DNA of 64,000 nt from Octopus vulgaris (GCA_951406725.2 OX597834.1:7874001-7938000), one strand, 5' to 3'; counted from the first letter of the stretch, positions 42,791-56,210 are shown. Numbers and translations are program-made. The notes: generated by a model not told the origin, from the sequence alone.

Positions 42791-43948
42791 TTGGGTTGGC
42801 AACTAAGTTCCCACCGTTTTTTTTTAATGTTCGAATTTATTACGTTTTTAAATTTTGGAATTTAGTTTTTTTTGTTTTGAGAATTCTATTTTTGAATTAT
42901 TTTAGAATCTATTTTCATATATTATTTAATTTTACTATTAATTAAAATGTAATATCAAGTTGAGAAAAATCGAGTATTTTCGACATCTACTTTTTTGCTT
43001 TTAATCAAGGTTCTCAGGCCGCAAAAGCTGCTCTCGACATTTGTGCTGTGTGTAGAGAGGGTGTCATAGCTGAAGGAACCGCTCGTGATTGGTATGCCAA
43101 GTTCAAAAATGGAAATTTTGACCTCAAAGACGCACCTCTTTCTGGCCGTTCAGTTGAGTTCGATGAAAAGCGATTAAACCAACTTTTTCACGAAAATTCT
43201 CCTAACTTCAGTTATTGAGTTTAACGCAAGAAAATTAAGTTTAAAATATGAAAACCAATAACATTTGAGATTTCTGTTAATACTCCTATGTTTAAATCAA
43301 AATCCTATGTTTAGGTCAAAATTCTCCGTATTGTGCTTTAACGAAAGTGTGTAGATTCTCTGGTCTACAATAATTCTTGTTTGTTTGTAATTATATTGCT
43401 ACAGTTGGAATAACACTTAACAAATTGAAGAAGCATTTAAACAAACAGATATATTCTGAACGGGTTACAACTAATTATGTCAATTAGGTTCAAATTATAC
43501 TCGTTTTATAATGATTATTTCTAAATCAATTTAACTTTGAGAGGCAATAACATTCCATAGCATTAACCAATAATAGTTTGGAGATTGTAATTTTCAGACA
43601 TGTACTTCTAATTTGAATTTCATCTGCTTTAGTTTCGTCAAACAAGGGAACTGGCAGAATAAATGGAATGCTCCAACGGATTTCCACTCTTTCGATCTCT
43701 CTCAAATGCTATGCGCGGAGTTTCGTTCAATACTGATGGAGAAGTGAGAGCTTGGTTGGATCAATTTTTCGAGTTGAAATCGGGTGATTCTACCAACGAG
43801 GTATTGGAAATCTTGTTGAACGTTGAGAAGAAGTTGTAAACAACAGGGGTCAATACATTATTGATTAATTCGTTGTTATTTTTTGTTAAACATTTAAAAA
43901 AAAATTAAAATTAAAAAAAAAACGGTGGGAATTTAGATGCCAACCTAA
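42791..43948 (+). mobile_element. Internally deleted mariner with TIRs and TA TSD, carrying a 435-bp insertion
   Basis: TA|ttgggttggcaactaagttcccaccg ... cggtgggaatttagatgccaacctaa|TA; N-terminal ARDWYAKFKNGNFDLKDAPLSGR and C-terminal APTD..LFRSL..VVNNRGQYIID*. Confidence 0.93.
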
Positions 43949-44453
43949 TATATAGTACTTAACAGTTTGAGTGTATTGTTTTTTAGTACATTACAGAATA
44001 GACAACCTACACACACACACCGATGCCCACACACACCAAACACTCAAATGTACATGCATATATTCACCAGATAAATGGGAAATCATAAATTAGCAAATCT
44101 GTCACGATAATTCTTTCTCTGTTAGTTTGATAAACATCTCGACAAAGTCAAAGAATTAGGTAGATCTAAGCTGATTTTCTTTATACGTTATAGTCTATAC
44201 ATTCAAAACCCATCAAGTAGACGTAGACGGAGAACAGCATGAGCGACACGAAGTTCTCGAAACAGCGTTTCTTTCTACCGAACGGCACCGAAAATAGTTT
44301 GGTAAAGCAGGAACTCTGGTAGAATACACAAGTGCAAATTACCTCACGATTCATTTGAAACTATTTGTTGTTAAGTGAACTTCCGTCGCCTCTAACACAC
44401 AAACTACGCACAAACAAAATATAAAAGCATGTGCGTGAATGTGTACATACATA

Positions 44454-44536
<83 letters not shown>

Positions 44537-44651
44537 ATATATATATATATATAAAGACACATACAATATATAAAGATGCATACAATAGGAATATGAAATA
44601 CAAAATGGCTGACCGTTAGTAAGGAGAGACACACAAATAAGAAAGAAGAAT

Positions 44652-44861
44652 GCAAAGGACTACTGATGAGGTCACAGAAAAGTGACGAAAGAACTCTGGC
44701 CGAAATAAGATTAAGATTAGTGTAAAAAGTAAATAGAGCTGAAGTAAGTTAACATCAAATATATAGTGCGTGTGTTTTTATTGGCTAAACTGATAGCACG
44801 ACCGTTCCTAAATACAACAACATCTATTTCAACACACGATTTCACATCAAGAATCTTTCAA

Positions 44862-44868
<7 letters not shown>
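44652..44868 (+). mobile_element. Family H2 short element ending in (TA)n
   Basis: Homologous to 39580-39801; starts just upstream of a hammerhead motif. Confidence 0.8.
44657..44701 (+). ncRNA. Minimal type I hammerhead ribozyme with canonical core
   Basis: ggacta-CTGATGA-g-gtcac(agaaaa)gtgac-GAAA-gaac-TC-tggcc; predicted cleavage after C44696. Confidence 0.72.
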
Positions 44869-44904
<36 letters not shown>

Positions 44905-45122
44905 CTGGTGGTATTAATGTGTGGAATTATACATGTGTGTTTATGCAGAATTAGCACCAATGTAAATGGAAAGCTGTAAGCTACATTTTAAAAACTTTTT
45001 TTACAGAGTGAGTATTTATAAAACGCATTAAAACCATTTGGAATTTATCATTACCATTATTTTATATTATAGACGAATTTACATCCGTTTCATATGAATA
45101 TATAATAAAACTTGAATTTGCT

Positions 45123-45187
<65 letters not shown>

Positions 45188-46034
45188 TGAATTTGCTACT
45201 TTATATATTTCATAGTTTAATCGTTTTTTGCATTTAGTGTTTAACTTGAAAGCGTTCCAATGTGGCGTGACTTTGTGTTTCTTTGATTTTATAAAGAATA
45301 TATAAATGGAATTGTAATATGTTTGCCTATCCCGTTTTCAAATCTCTGGTGACAAATAATTCACATAACAGCATAGAATTAAGTGAGGAGAGGGGCACAT
45401 CTGTGGAAGTATTTGACGTAATACACATATATTGAAACAACTAGAAAATGCTAAGTAAGACATATATTTTTAAACATATCTCTGTCACTTCGGCAACGCT
45501 GTGTGTATTTGATTTAACCAAATAAATTTTCAAAATATTCAAATTCAGCTTAAACTGGTTGTAACTTATTTCTGTGAAAACATAATAGCAATTTTTATCG
45601 TTAAAAATGAGTTTGGTAATAACTATGAAAATTTTAAAACTGCCATATTGCAAATCTCAGTTGTTTTGCCAGATGCAAATGTGTCTGATTCAATGAATAC
45701 ATGCATGCATGCACGAACGCACACATACACGCACACACACCACACACACAAACACAGATGTATCTGTATATGTGTGTATGTGTTTGCAGGTATATATGTG
45801 CCGGTTTGTAACTATTTGATAAATTATATACACATACACACGTATGTATATATATATATATGTGTGTGCGTGTGTGTGTATGTTTATGTACACAATTTGA
45901 GGAAGCAATATCCCTGTATAATATTGCTTAAAAACCATCCTGATGCCAACTGGGTATATATTTATACCAAATATATTGATATAAAGCTCCTCAATATATG
46001 TATAAACATGTCATAACATTAAGAGAGTCAATAT

Positions 46035-46161
46035 GCGCAGGAGTGGCTGTGTGGTAAGTAGCTTGCTAACCAACCACATAGTTCCGGGTTCAGTCCCACT
46101 GCGTGGCACTTTGGGCAAGTATCTTCTGCTATAGCCCCGGGCCGACCAATGCCTTGTCGTA

Positions 46162-46228
<67 letters not shown>

Positions 46229-46436
46229 TTGTGTGTCTGTGTTTGACTCCCTAGCATTGTTTGACAACCGATGCTGGAGTGTTTACGTCCACGTCACTTA
46301 GCGATTCAGTAAAAGAGACCGATAGAATAAGTACTGGGCTTACAAATAATAAGTCCTGGGGTCGATTTCCTCGATTAAAGGCGGTGCTCCTGTATGGCCG
46401 CAGTCAAATGACTGAAACAAGTAAAAGAGTAAAAAG
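46035..46436 (+). mobile_element. SINE family A with small internal deletion
   Basis: gcgcaggagtggctgtgtgg head to gaaacaagtaaaagagt tail. Confidence 0.9.
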
Positions 46437-46893
46437 AAATGGAGAAGAAAAACTTTATAAATGCTTGGTTCATTCTATTTGTATTACAAATGTATTATTT
46501 TCCATTACTTTTCCAACTGTAATACAAATAAAATGTACCAAGCATCTTCTTAATATTTTTTCTCCATTCTCTTTTATTCCCTTTTAGATATATATCTATA
46601 TACATATATATGTATTGATATAAATAAATATAGGGATGGTATTATTAAAGTACCTTCACGAGTGGCAAACGAATTATCAGACGTACAGGCAAATTAAAAA
46701 AATATATATACATACAATATTAGATATGTACATATATACACAAGGGTACTACATGAGTGTGATAGATTTGTGACTATTCGGTGGTATAGAAGTATTTTTG
46801 ACTTCTATTTTTAGCGATATAGGTACTCTTGTAGCACCTTTGTCTATATATATACATATCTAAATATGTATTAATATAGATATATACGTACAT

Positions 46894-47294
<401 letters not shown>

Positions 47295-47295
47295 C

Positions 47296-47332
<37 letters not shown>

Positions 47333-47639
47333 AAATACCTTCTCACGCATACACACACAAAGAAACGTCTCCACCACTAACTTATGTATTTCCTGTAAAA
47401 CAGAACTCAATACGCATCTGTTGTGTACTATATTTCTTCATTGAATATGGGATATAGTATATTCGTAATACAGCTTATAATTTCTCTATAAAAATTATTA
47501 TTAACTAATGTCAGTTTAGCTATATTTTGACCTTTTTACCATTACATATATTTACAATATAATGTACTATTAAAAGTGATTTAGTTATCATTCAAGATGT
47601 ATGTAATGCCTTCCGGCCTCATGAAGCATAATCGGCAAA

Positions 47640-47825
47640 TGATATATAGCTACTGTGTAATTTTGTCTAAAACTTACCATGCAGAAATACATCACACCGA
47701 GCACCTCGTTTAAGGAACGTTTATGATGGTTTTTGCTTTTGAACAAAGATAGGGAACAAACATAGAAAATATTTCGAAACTAAAGATACTCGCCTTTCCA
47801 AACAAAAGTATAATTTGAAGGGATA
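47640..47825 (+). pseudogene. Possible very decayed PLE GIY-YIG fragment
   Basis: Pieces TSFKERL and KDTRLSKQKYNLK resemble PLE endonuclease C-termini. Confidence 0.3.
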
Positions 47826-48974
47826 TTATATATATTCAAGAATTTAATGAATTTCTGAGTGACTCAACAAAACGTATAAAAGCAACTATGATACTCAAAC
47901 TAACGTAGTCAAGGACAGTGGTATTACTAATTCTGCAAAATAACAAGACTATCTGAGCTAATGGGTGTCTTATAAAATTAAATGCATAGGCTTCAGTCAT
48001 AACATTACTAACAGATAAATGTGTTGCTCTAAATAAGGCTTTCATTTTTATAGAACTGGAAGGCGATGAGTTGGCAGAATCATTTAGGGTTGGATACACG
48101 AAACACAACTCCAGATTTCAAGTCCTGCTGTGAAGTCAGTTTTCAAACTCCCCCACATAAACATGCTGATTTTGGAACCATTTCCGAAATAATTACTACG
48201 TAGGAGCATATTCTTAAATTTGTATCCTCACATCTAGGTTAAGAAGCGAAACTAAAGCAGATGAAATTCAAATTAGAAGTACATGTCTGAATATTACAAT
48301 CTCCAAACTATTATAGGTTAATGCTTTGGAATGTTATTGCCTCTCAATGTTAAATTGATTTAGAAATAATCATTATAAAACGAGTATAATTTGAACCTAA
48401 TTTACATAATTAGTTCTAACCCGTTCAGAATATAACTGTTTGTTTAAATGCTTCTTCAATTTGTTAAGTGTTATTCCAACTGTAGCAATATAATTACAAA
48501 CAAACAAGAATTATTGTAGACCATAGAATCTACTCACTTTCTTTAAAGCACAATACGGAGAATTTTGACAGAAACATAGGATTTCGATGTAAACATAGGA
48601 GTATTAACAGAAATCTCAAATGCTATTGGTTTTCATATTTTAAACTTACTTTTATTATGCGTTAAACCCAATAACTGAAGTTGTGAAGATGACGGTCTGT
48701 AAATCTCAATAATGTTTTTCAGATCCAGAAAGCAGATGAGTTCAAAAACATGTTACCATATTTTTCAGCATTATTAATATCAAATTTGAAGCAAGAAGGA
48801 GCCTCATAATAAAAAAGTTATTGTTATGTCACCATTTTCATTATAACCATTTAAATTTCCTCACTTATATAAGGCTATAGGTCGGTGGCATATTTTGCAA
48901 AATCTCTGATGCGGGCTACATTCATTTACGGAATATTTATTGAACTATAGGTAAGAAATGAAGATAATAATGGG

Positions 48975-49435
48975 TTCAAATTTTGGCACAAAGCCGCCTA
49001 TTTTGGATAGTGGTGGTAATTCGATTACATTGAACCCAGCATTCAACTGGTGTCTATTTTTTCGACCTCGAATGGACGGAAGGCAAAGTTGACTTCAGCG
49101 GAATTTGAACTATGAACATTAAGATGGAGGAAATACCTATTTCTTTACTACCCACAAGAGGCTAAACACAGGGAGGACAAACAAGGACAGACAAACGGAT
49201 TAAGTCGATTATATCGACCCCAGTGCGTCACTAGTACTTATTTAATCGACTCCGAAGGGATGAAAGGCAAAGTCGACCTCGGCGGGATTTGAACACAGAA
49301 CGCAACGGCAGACGAAATACGGCTACGTATTTCGCCCGGCGTGCTAACGTTTTTGCTAGCTCGCCGCCTTAGATTGAGGAAATAGCGTTAAGTATTTTGT
49401 ACAGCATGTTAAAAATACTACCAGGTCACTGCCTT
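48975..49435 (-). mobile_element. Young SINE B1 (49136-49370) nested in an old SINE B2
   Basis: TSD agat(g/t)gaggaaata at 49122-49135 and 49371-49384; old body to the left, old head at 49385-49435. Confidence 0.85.
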
Positions 49436-50005
49436 ATAAATGAAGATAATAATAAACCAAAATCTCAGACAACGTTTCTTTATTTAAGATGAAATTTATG
49501 TCTTAACAGATGCAACAATTAACGTGATGATTTATACTGTTTATTACACGAAAGATTTTTTCTCACTCTAGATAATAGGTTGGATGACGACCGTCAGATG
49601 GTGACAACCACCAATTTGTATTCTTAACTTGCTATACATATACTTTTGCTTTCTGAAAATAGCTGCTCACGCGTAAATAAATTTTGTTGTAAAAATATGT
49701 TATATATTTTATATAAATGTCTTTCGTTATTTTTTAAAAACTATAAAATTTGTTAATCGGTAAGTTATTAAAATTTTGATTGCCCATGTAAATTTTATAA
49801 GGAAATTAATTTAGAAAAACAAAATAAATAAAAATGATACCTTTAAAATATAGTTTTAGAACATTTTCTGTATAATTAAAATGTACGTCACTTATTTAGA
49901 GCAGACAACACACGTTTACTGACAGATTTTTGAGAGTGGCTGTCATGCGGATCAAGAAAGTTACTCGGGTAAATCTAGAATTTTGAATGTTGTGGATTGA
50001 TCTAA

Positions 50006-50389
50006 TCTTTATATATAAAAGTAAGGTTGTGTGTCTGTCTCCTACGATTTAGATTCCTAACTACTCCCACATTTTGCGGTGCAGTTTAACCAAAACCGGG
50101 TATCTTATAATCGTGATTCATATCGAGCCCTTCTGGGTATTAGCGCGCGTCTACGATGAGTCTACGATTTAAAAAAAATTACCATCATTTGTTTCCATTT
50201 TAATGAATTTTCGCTATTATATAAGGGAAGTAACTCTCTAAAAATGTCTACGATGAGTCAACGATTTAAAAAAAAAAATTGCCATCATTTTTTTCTCCAT
50301 TTTTTTGCTATTTTTTGGCTATAACTCTCTAGAAATGCTTTATAGTTATTTCCCTTACAAACCCGAGCAACGGCGGGCGACACTGCTCG
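50006..50389 (+). mobile_element. Non-autonomous Helitron
   Basis: Reverse complement of 11381-11777; TC start, 3' hairpin and CTCG (mutated CTAG). Confidence 0.85.
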
Positions 50390-51082
50390 TACGCTATAAG
50401 ATATAAGTATATTCATGACATTTTGCGGGTAATCAATTAATATTTTAATATATGTACGGGAAATAGAAATTGCACCTACACTTAATGACAATTGTCAACA
50501 ACCAGCAATATTATAAGAGACTGTACGGAGTAGATATCATTACTTTTGGGGGCTCGAATGCCGGAAAATTTTGGCTGGCAAACCAACTCCGGTCTTGGAG
50601 CAGTAGAGTAACACCCTTGCATTCATATATAAATCTAAATATAAACTATAATATAAAATACAAGATATAAATATAAACTATATAACTCACACTTTCTACA
50701 ACCCAACGAGTGTTTTAGAAATATAACCAGAATTTAGATAAGAAAATATTGGTCGTATCTATGACGAATTCTCATTTAATCGTGTAGCGTAAGAAAACGT
50801 CAATGCAGCTAGCATTTTCACAAACATAGAAGATTAGAATAGGAAAAGAAAATGACAAAGATATGCATTTTAATTCGGTATATTCAAGTTTAGAAGTCCG
50901 AACAAAGAGAGGATGTTGTTGCGTTTTGTAAAATTACGTGTAACTAAATAACATAAAAGACTTGGAAAATATCCAAAAATTCATTCAAAATAAATTATTC
51001 AACACCGACCTTATCTGCTAAGACACAATCGTACATTTATAACAACAACAACAACAACGGCAGCAGGAACAACAACAACAAA

Positions 51083-51617
51083 ATGCCTTGATGTAGTACC
51101 AAACATTGGCTCTCTTGGCTTCTGATCTTAACTGAAGTGTTATCATGTACATTGTTTAGTCTTGATATAAAAAATGGGCTACTGCGAATATTCTCCTCGA
51201 TAGCACAGATTTGCTTGTCAGTTGTTTGACCTTAACTAGTCAAAGTATGTCGCTTGGTGGCTGGTGATATGTGCATCTCTGAAGACGAGCAGATGAAGAA
51301 GGGAACATCAGAGCCATGTGTTGAGAGGAATTATTTGGGATTAAATAATTGACGTCTGGAATCATGGGTTGTTTTGTTCATTACCCTTAAACAACCCCTA
51401 TTCAGGGACCTTTGAGTGGGATTGAGTACTCGCCGTGAAGAAAATTCCAACTGGGCTCGACCTGCAAGCTCATGCGAGGTTTGTCTTGATATGAGATCAC
51501 CATATTACGCATATATGGTAGTACTCTTATCAAACGGGTAGTCATGATGGGTATACTGGGCTTCGTATATTTTACCCCAGTGTCACTTTGATGGCATGCA
51601 CCGCTCTCTCACTCCAT
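51083..51617 (+). repeat. Probable non-coding interspersed repeat bounded by (AAC)n and (AAT)n
   Basis: Higher-complexity block with sharp microsatellite boundaries and no ORF; single copy in this window. Confidence 0.4.
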
Positions 51618-51630
51618 AAAAATAGTAACA

Positions 51631-51689
<59 letters not shown>

Positions 51690-51899
51690 TTCTACTATAG
51701 ACACAAAGCCTGAAATTAATGGGGAGGAATTAGTCGAGTATATCGACCTAAGTGCGTAACTGGTACTGAATTTGTCGAACCCGAAAGGATGAAGAAAGCA
51801 AAGTCGACTTCACAAGAATTTGAACTCAGAAAGTGGAGACTGACGAAATGCCGGTAAACAATTCACCCAGTGTGTTAACAACTCTATCAGAGTGCTGCC
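51690..51899 (-). mobile_element. Old SINE B2 copy inside (AAT)n
   Basis: tttctactatagacacaaagcctgaaa tail, gtgcgtaactggtact..gaaaggatgaa body. Confidence 0.75.
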
Positions 51900-51947
<48 letters not shown>

Positions 51948-52000
51948 TTAATAATAATAATAATAATAATGATAATAATAATAATAACAACATAGGAATA

Positions 52001-53825
52001 AATGAATAAATGGCAAACAGTGCTACTGCTCCAAACAAAAGAGGGACTTGTGAAAACCAAAGCCATGCCCATTAGAAGAGGAATATTCCAGGCCGATACG
52101 CTCTCTCCACTCCTTTTCTGCTTGGTACTGTCACCTCTATCGGATATGCTAAATAGAACTGGATGCGGATATAAATGTTACGGCAAAAAGATCAGCCACC
52201 TTTTATATATGGATGACAAAACTATACGCTACAAATGACAAACAGCTGGAAACACTACTAAAGACAGTTCATGGATTTAACAAAGAAATAGATATGAAAT
52301 TTGGATTAGAGAAATGCCCTAAAGTAACCCTGAAAATAGGAAAACTAATTAAGAGTAGCAACATCACACTAGATAAAACCAATGAAATAAAAGAATTAGA
52401 CCAAAGCCAAACTTACATATACTTAGGAATCCATGAACTAGATAAGATACAACTCACACAAATGAAAGAGAAAATAAAAAAAGAATATTATAGAAGAGTT
52501 AGATCAATACTGAAAACAGAGCTCAATGCTAAAAACAAGATAATAGGTATCAACACTTTAGCCGTCGCAATTATAAGTTACAGCTACAATATCCTTAACT
52601 AGACACTAAATGAACTGACCAAAATAGATAGGAAAACAAGAAAAATAATGACAGGATCTAGGATGCATCACCCAAAATCTGACATAGAAAGGCTATATAT
52701 ACAACGTATAGAAGGTGGTAGAGGCCTTATACAGCTGGAAAACTACTATAAAATAACCACCATAGGACTGCAAAAATATCTACTTCAGGAGGAAGGAAAA
52801 CTAATACAAATAGCGGCAAAACACGAGCAAGACAAAAAACTGTTCTCAGTATTTAAGGAAGCTGACAAATACAAAAAAAATCATACTACCTAACAAATAT
52901 GAAGAAGAAGAAGAAGAAGAAGAAGAAGAAGAAGAAGAAGAAGAAGAAGAAGAAGAAGAAGAAGAAGAAGAAGAAGAAGAAGATGAAGAAACAACAAAAT
53001 ATATAAAACAGATGAAATCCAAACTAAAAATAGAACAGCAACGAACCATGATAAAACGATGGCAAGAAAAGCCCCTTCATGGTAAATACTGGACTAAACT
53101 AAATGCAAAAGAAATAGACAAAGAAAAATCCCAACAATGGTTGAGAAGCTCAGGACACAAAGCAGAGACAGAAGGATTTTTAATTGCATCACCAGACCAA
53201 AGCCTCCCCACCAGAAATTACCAGAAACATGTAATGAATAGAAATATAACAAGTAACTGCAGAATATGTGGAGATGGATAAGAAACAATAAATCATATTA
53301 TCTCTGGCTGCCCAGTCCTTGCTAAGAAGGAATATATTCACAGACACGACAGAGTTGGGACCTATATACACTGGAAACTATGCTAACATTATGGAATAAC
53401 AATAGAAAAAAGATGGAATAGGCACACACTAGTAAAGGTCACAGAAAACGAGAAAGCAACCATACTCTGGGATATACCAATACACACAGATAGAGAAATT
53501 AAGGCCAACAGACCAGATATAGTTGTCAGAGATCATGAAGAAAAAAATGTTTTCTAATTAATGTATCAATACCAGCGGATGACAACGTGTCTCTAAAAGA
53601 AATGGAGAAACTTTCAAAATACCTGGAAATAGAGGTAACCAGAATGCGGAATCTAAAAGCAGAAGCAATTCCTATCATAATAGGTGCATTAGGCATGATA
53701 AAAAATATTCAGAACATTTTCCATACAATAACCATCAGAGCATCACAACAAACCACAGCACATACCCAAGGCACACAGAGCTGCGCTCGGTAGTGAAGTG
53801 AAAGCACGATATAAAAAATATACTA

Positions 53826-53828
<3 letters not shown>
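52001..53828 (+). pseudogene. 5'-truncated Dong/R4-like non-LTR retrotransposon (RT, CCHC knuckle, RLE)
   Basis: IRRGIFQADTLSPLLFCL, HLLYMDD, FGLEKC, HHPKSDIERLYIQRIEGGRGL, ETEGFLIA, CRICG..ETINHIISGC, ILWDIPIHTDREIKANRPDIVV; stops and frameshifts; (AAT)n on both sides. Confidence 0.93.
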
Positions 53829-53891
<63 letters not shown>

Positions 53892-54199
53892 TATTATTAT
53901 TATTATTATTATTATGATGATGGCGGTGATGATGATGATGATGGTGGTGGTGATGATGATAACAAGCACGATGACAACGAAGATGATGTTGATAATGATG
54001 ATCATGATTACGATTATGACGATGATGATCATGATTATGTTGAGAATAATGATAATGGAGATGAGAATAAGTATGATGATAAGTTGTTGATGAAGGTGAT
54101 GATAAAATTTCGAGTAGTAGTAGTAATACTAGTTGTAGTAATGGTGGTGGTGTTAGCAATAATCCTCATTACCAGAAGACGAAAAATATTAACGGCCAA

Positions 54200-54420
54200 A
54201 AATGCAGTTGTGTTGCCGAAAAATATACGTCCACGAAGATAATTACCAAGAAAAATCGGATATCTAAGTTGTCGCTGTCAAATATTGAAAGGAACAGATT
54301 ACATCGGTATGACAGCAAATCAATTTAAGATCAGATACTATCATTATAAATGTACATTTAGAACATCAGAAAGAAGATTAGAAGCATTTTTGTGACACAT
54401 ACAAGAATTTGAAAATGGCA
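54200..54420 (+). pseudogene. PLE GIY-YIG remnant
   Basis: DYIGMTANQFKIRYYHYKCTFR...HIQEFEN. Confidence 0.6.
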
Positions 54421-54879
54421 ACGGAACCTACAGTATCAGTTGGTATCTTTTACATAAAAGAAAGCTTCATATATCATCCGATTCTTTCTGCAGTTTATGC
54501 GTATTTTTAAAACACAATAACAAGTCGTAGGATAAGCGTACAGATTTAATTTCTCTTTGTTCGAATAAACGAAAATACCTTCGGGGAATTTTGCCATCGA
54601 AGATTTATATAAATTATAGCATTCGGAAAACAAACAAAAAGAAATATGACGCAATTGCGTATTGCGAAGGCGAAGCGTTGCTTGTGTTGGATTGTCACAT
54701 CATATTGTGTTAAATGAAAATTCCACGCTCATTTCTTAATATCCAATAATAAATGTATATTATCTCAAAATGCTTTTCTCTGTCCATCCAATACACACTG
54801 ACGTTTCCAATATATTTTCAGCGGTCTTTTTCTTTAGTTAGCATTAATATTATATTGTTTAATATAATGGTAGATGTGA

Positions 54880-55283
54880 GAGGCTGTGTGGTAAGTAGCT
54901 TGTTTACCAACCACATGGTTCCGGGTTCAGTCCCACTGCGTGGCACCTTGGGCAATAATCTTCTACTATAGCCTCGGACCGACCAAATCCTTGTGAGTGG
55001 ATTTGGTAGACGAAACTGAAAGAAGCCTGTCGTATAGAAGTATATATGTGTATGCGTGTGTGTGTTTGTGTGTCTGTGTTTGTCCCCCTAGCATTGCTTG
55101 ACAACCGATGCTGCTGTGTTTATGTCCCTGTTACTTAGCGGTTCGGCAAAAGAGACCGATAGAATAAGTACTGGGCTTACAAACGAATAAGTCCCGGGGT
55201 CGAGTTGCTCGACTAAAGACGGTGCTCCAGCATGGCCGCAGTGAAATGACTGAAACAAGTAAAAGAGTAAAGAGTAAAAAGAG
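54880..55283 (+). mobile_element. SINE family A
   Basis: Head, body and tail as in the other copies. Confidence 0.9.
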
Positions 55284-55369
55284 TATATATGTATGTACGA
55301 AAAAACGTGCGTGGGTATTTAGGCATGAACCTATGTATGTATATATCTATCTATGTAAGTATGTATATA

Positions 55370-55780
55370 TTCTTTTATTCTCTTGCTTTTTTCACTCATT
55401 TGAATAGAGCAATACAAGAGCTCCCCGCCTTTAAGGGCTTTGATCGAACAAATCGACCCTAGGATTTATTTTTAACGTAGTACTTATTTTACCAGCCCAT
55501 TTACCTATATGCCAAGTTAGGGGGACGTAAACGCACCAACAGCGTTTGTTAAGCGGTGATGGGCGACGAAACACAGACACAAAGAGATTCAAATATACAT
55601 ATATATACGCTTACACATATGCTACAGGCTTCTTTCAGTTTCCGTCTACGAAATCCACACAGAAGGCCTTGGTCGGTCCGAGGCTATAGTAGAATACACT
55701 TGCCCAAGATGCCAGACAGTGGAATTGAACTCCGAAGCGTGTGTTTGGGAAGGAAGCTTTTTACCACACATCCACTCCCG
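55370..55780 (-). mobile_element. Old SINE family A copy
   Basis: ggcttctttcagtttccgtctac...cacttgcccaagatgcca...ttaccacac. Confidence 0.7.
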
Positions 55781-56210
55781 ACCCTATGTATGTATGTCCT
55801 TATGAATTCTTTTTCAAGACTTCTTGCCAATTGAGAAAGATCCGGTTTCTAACCCAGATCCAAATCTCCATTGGAATTGCTACATCAACTGGATATTTGT
55901 GCATATATGTGTGTATATGTGCACTATTTGGAATCGGTGCATGTGCTCATTTGCATGTCTTATTTTCTGAATGTATCTTCGTGCATATAGTTCCGTACTT
56001 AGATGTGCGCTTTTATACACAATTGATAAACTTGTAGAACGTTTCACAAATTTACAGTTCCAGTGACGTATGTATGTATGTGTGTGTATATGAATGGATA
56101 GATGCATGTAGACATGTATGTGCGTATGTATATATATATATATGTATTATGAAGATATGTGAGTACGTATGTATGTATGTATGTATGTATGTATGTATGT
56201 ATGTATATGT

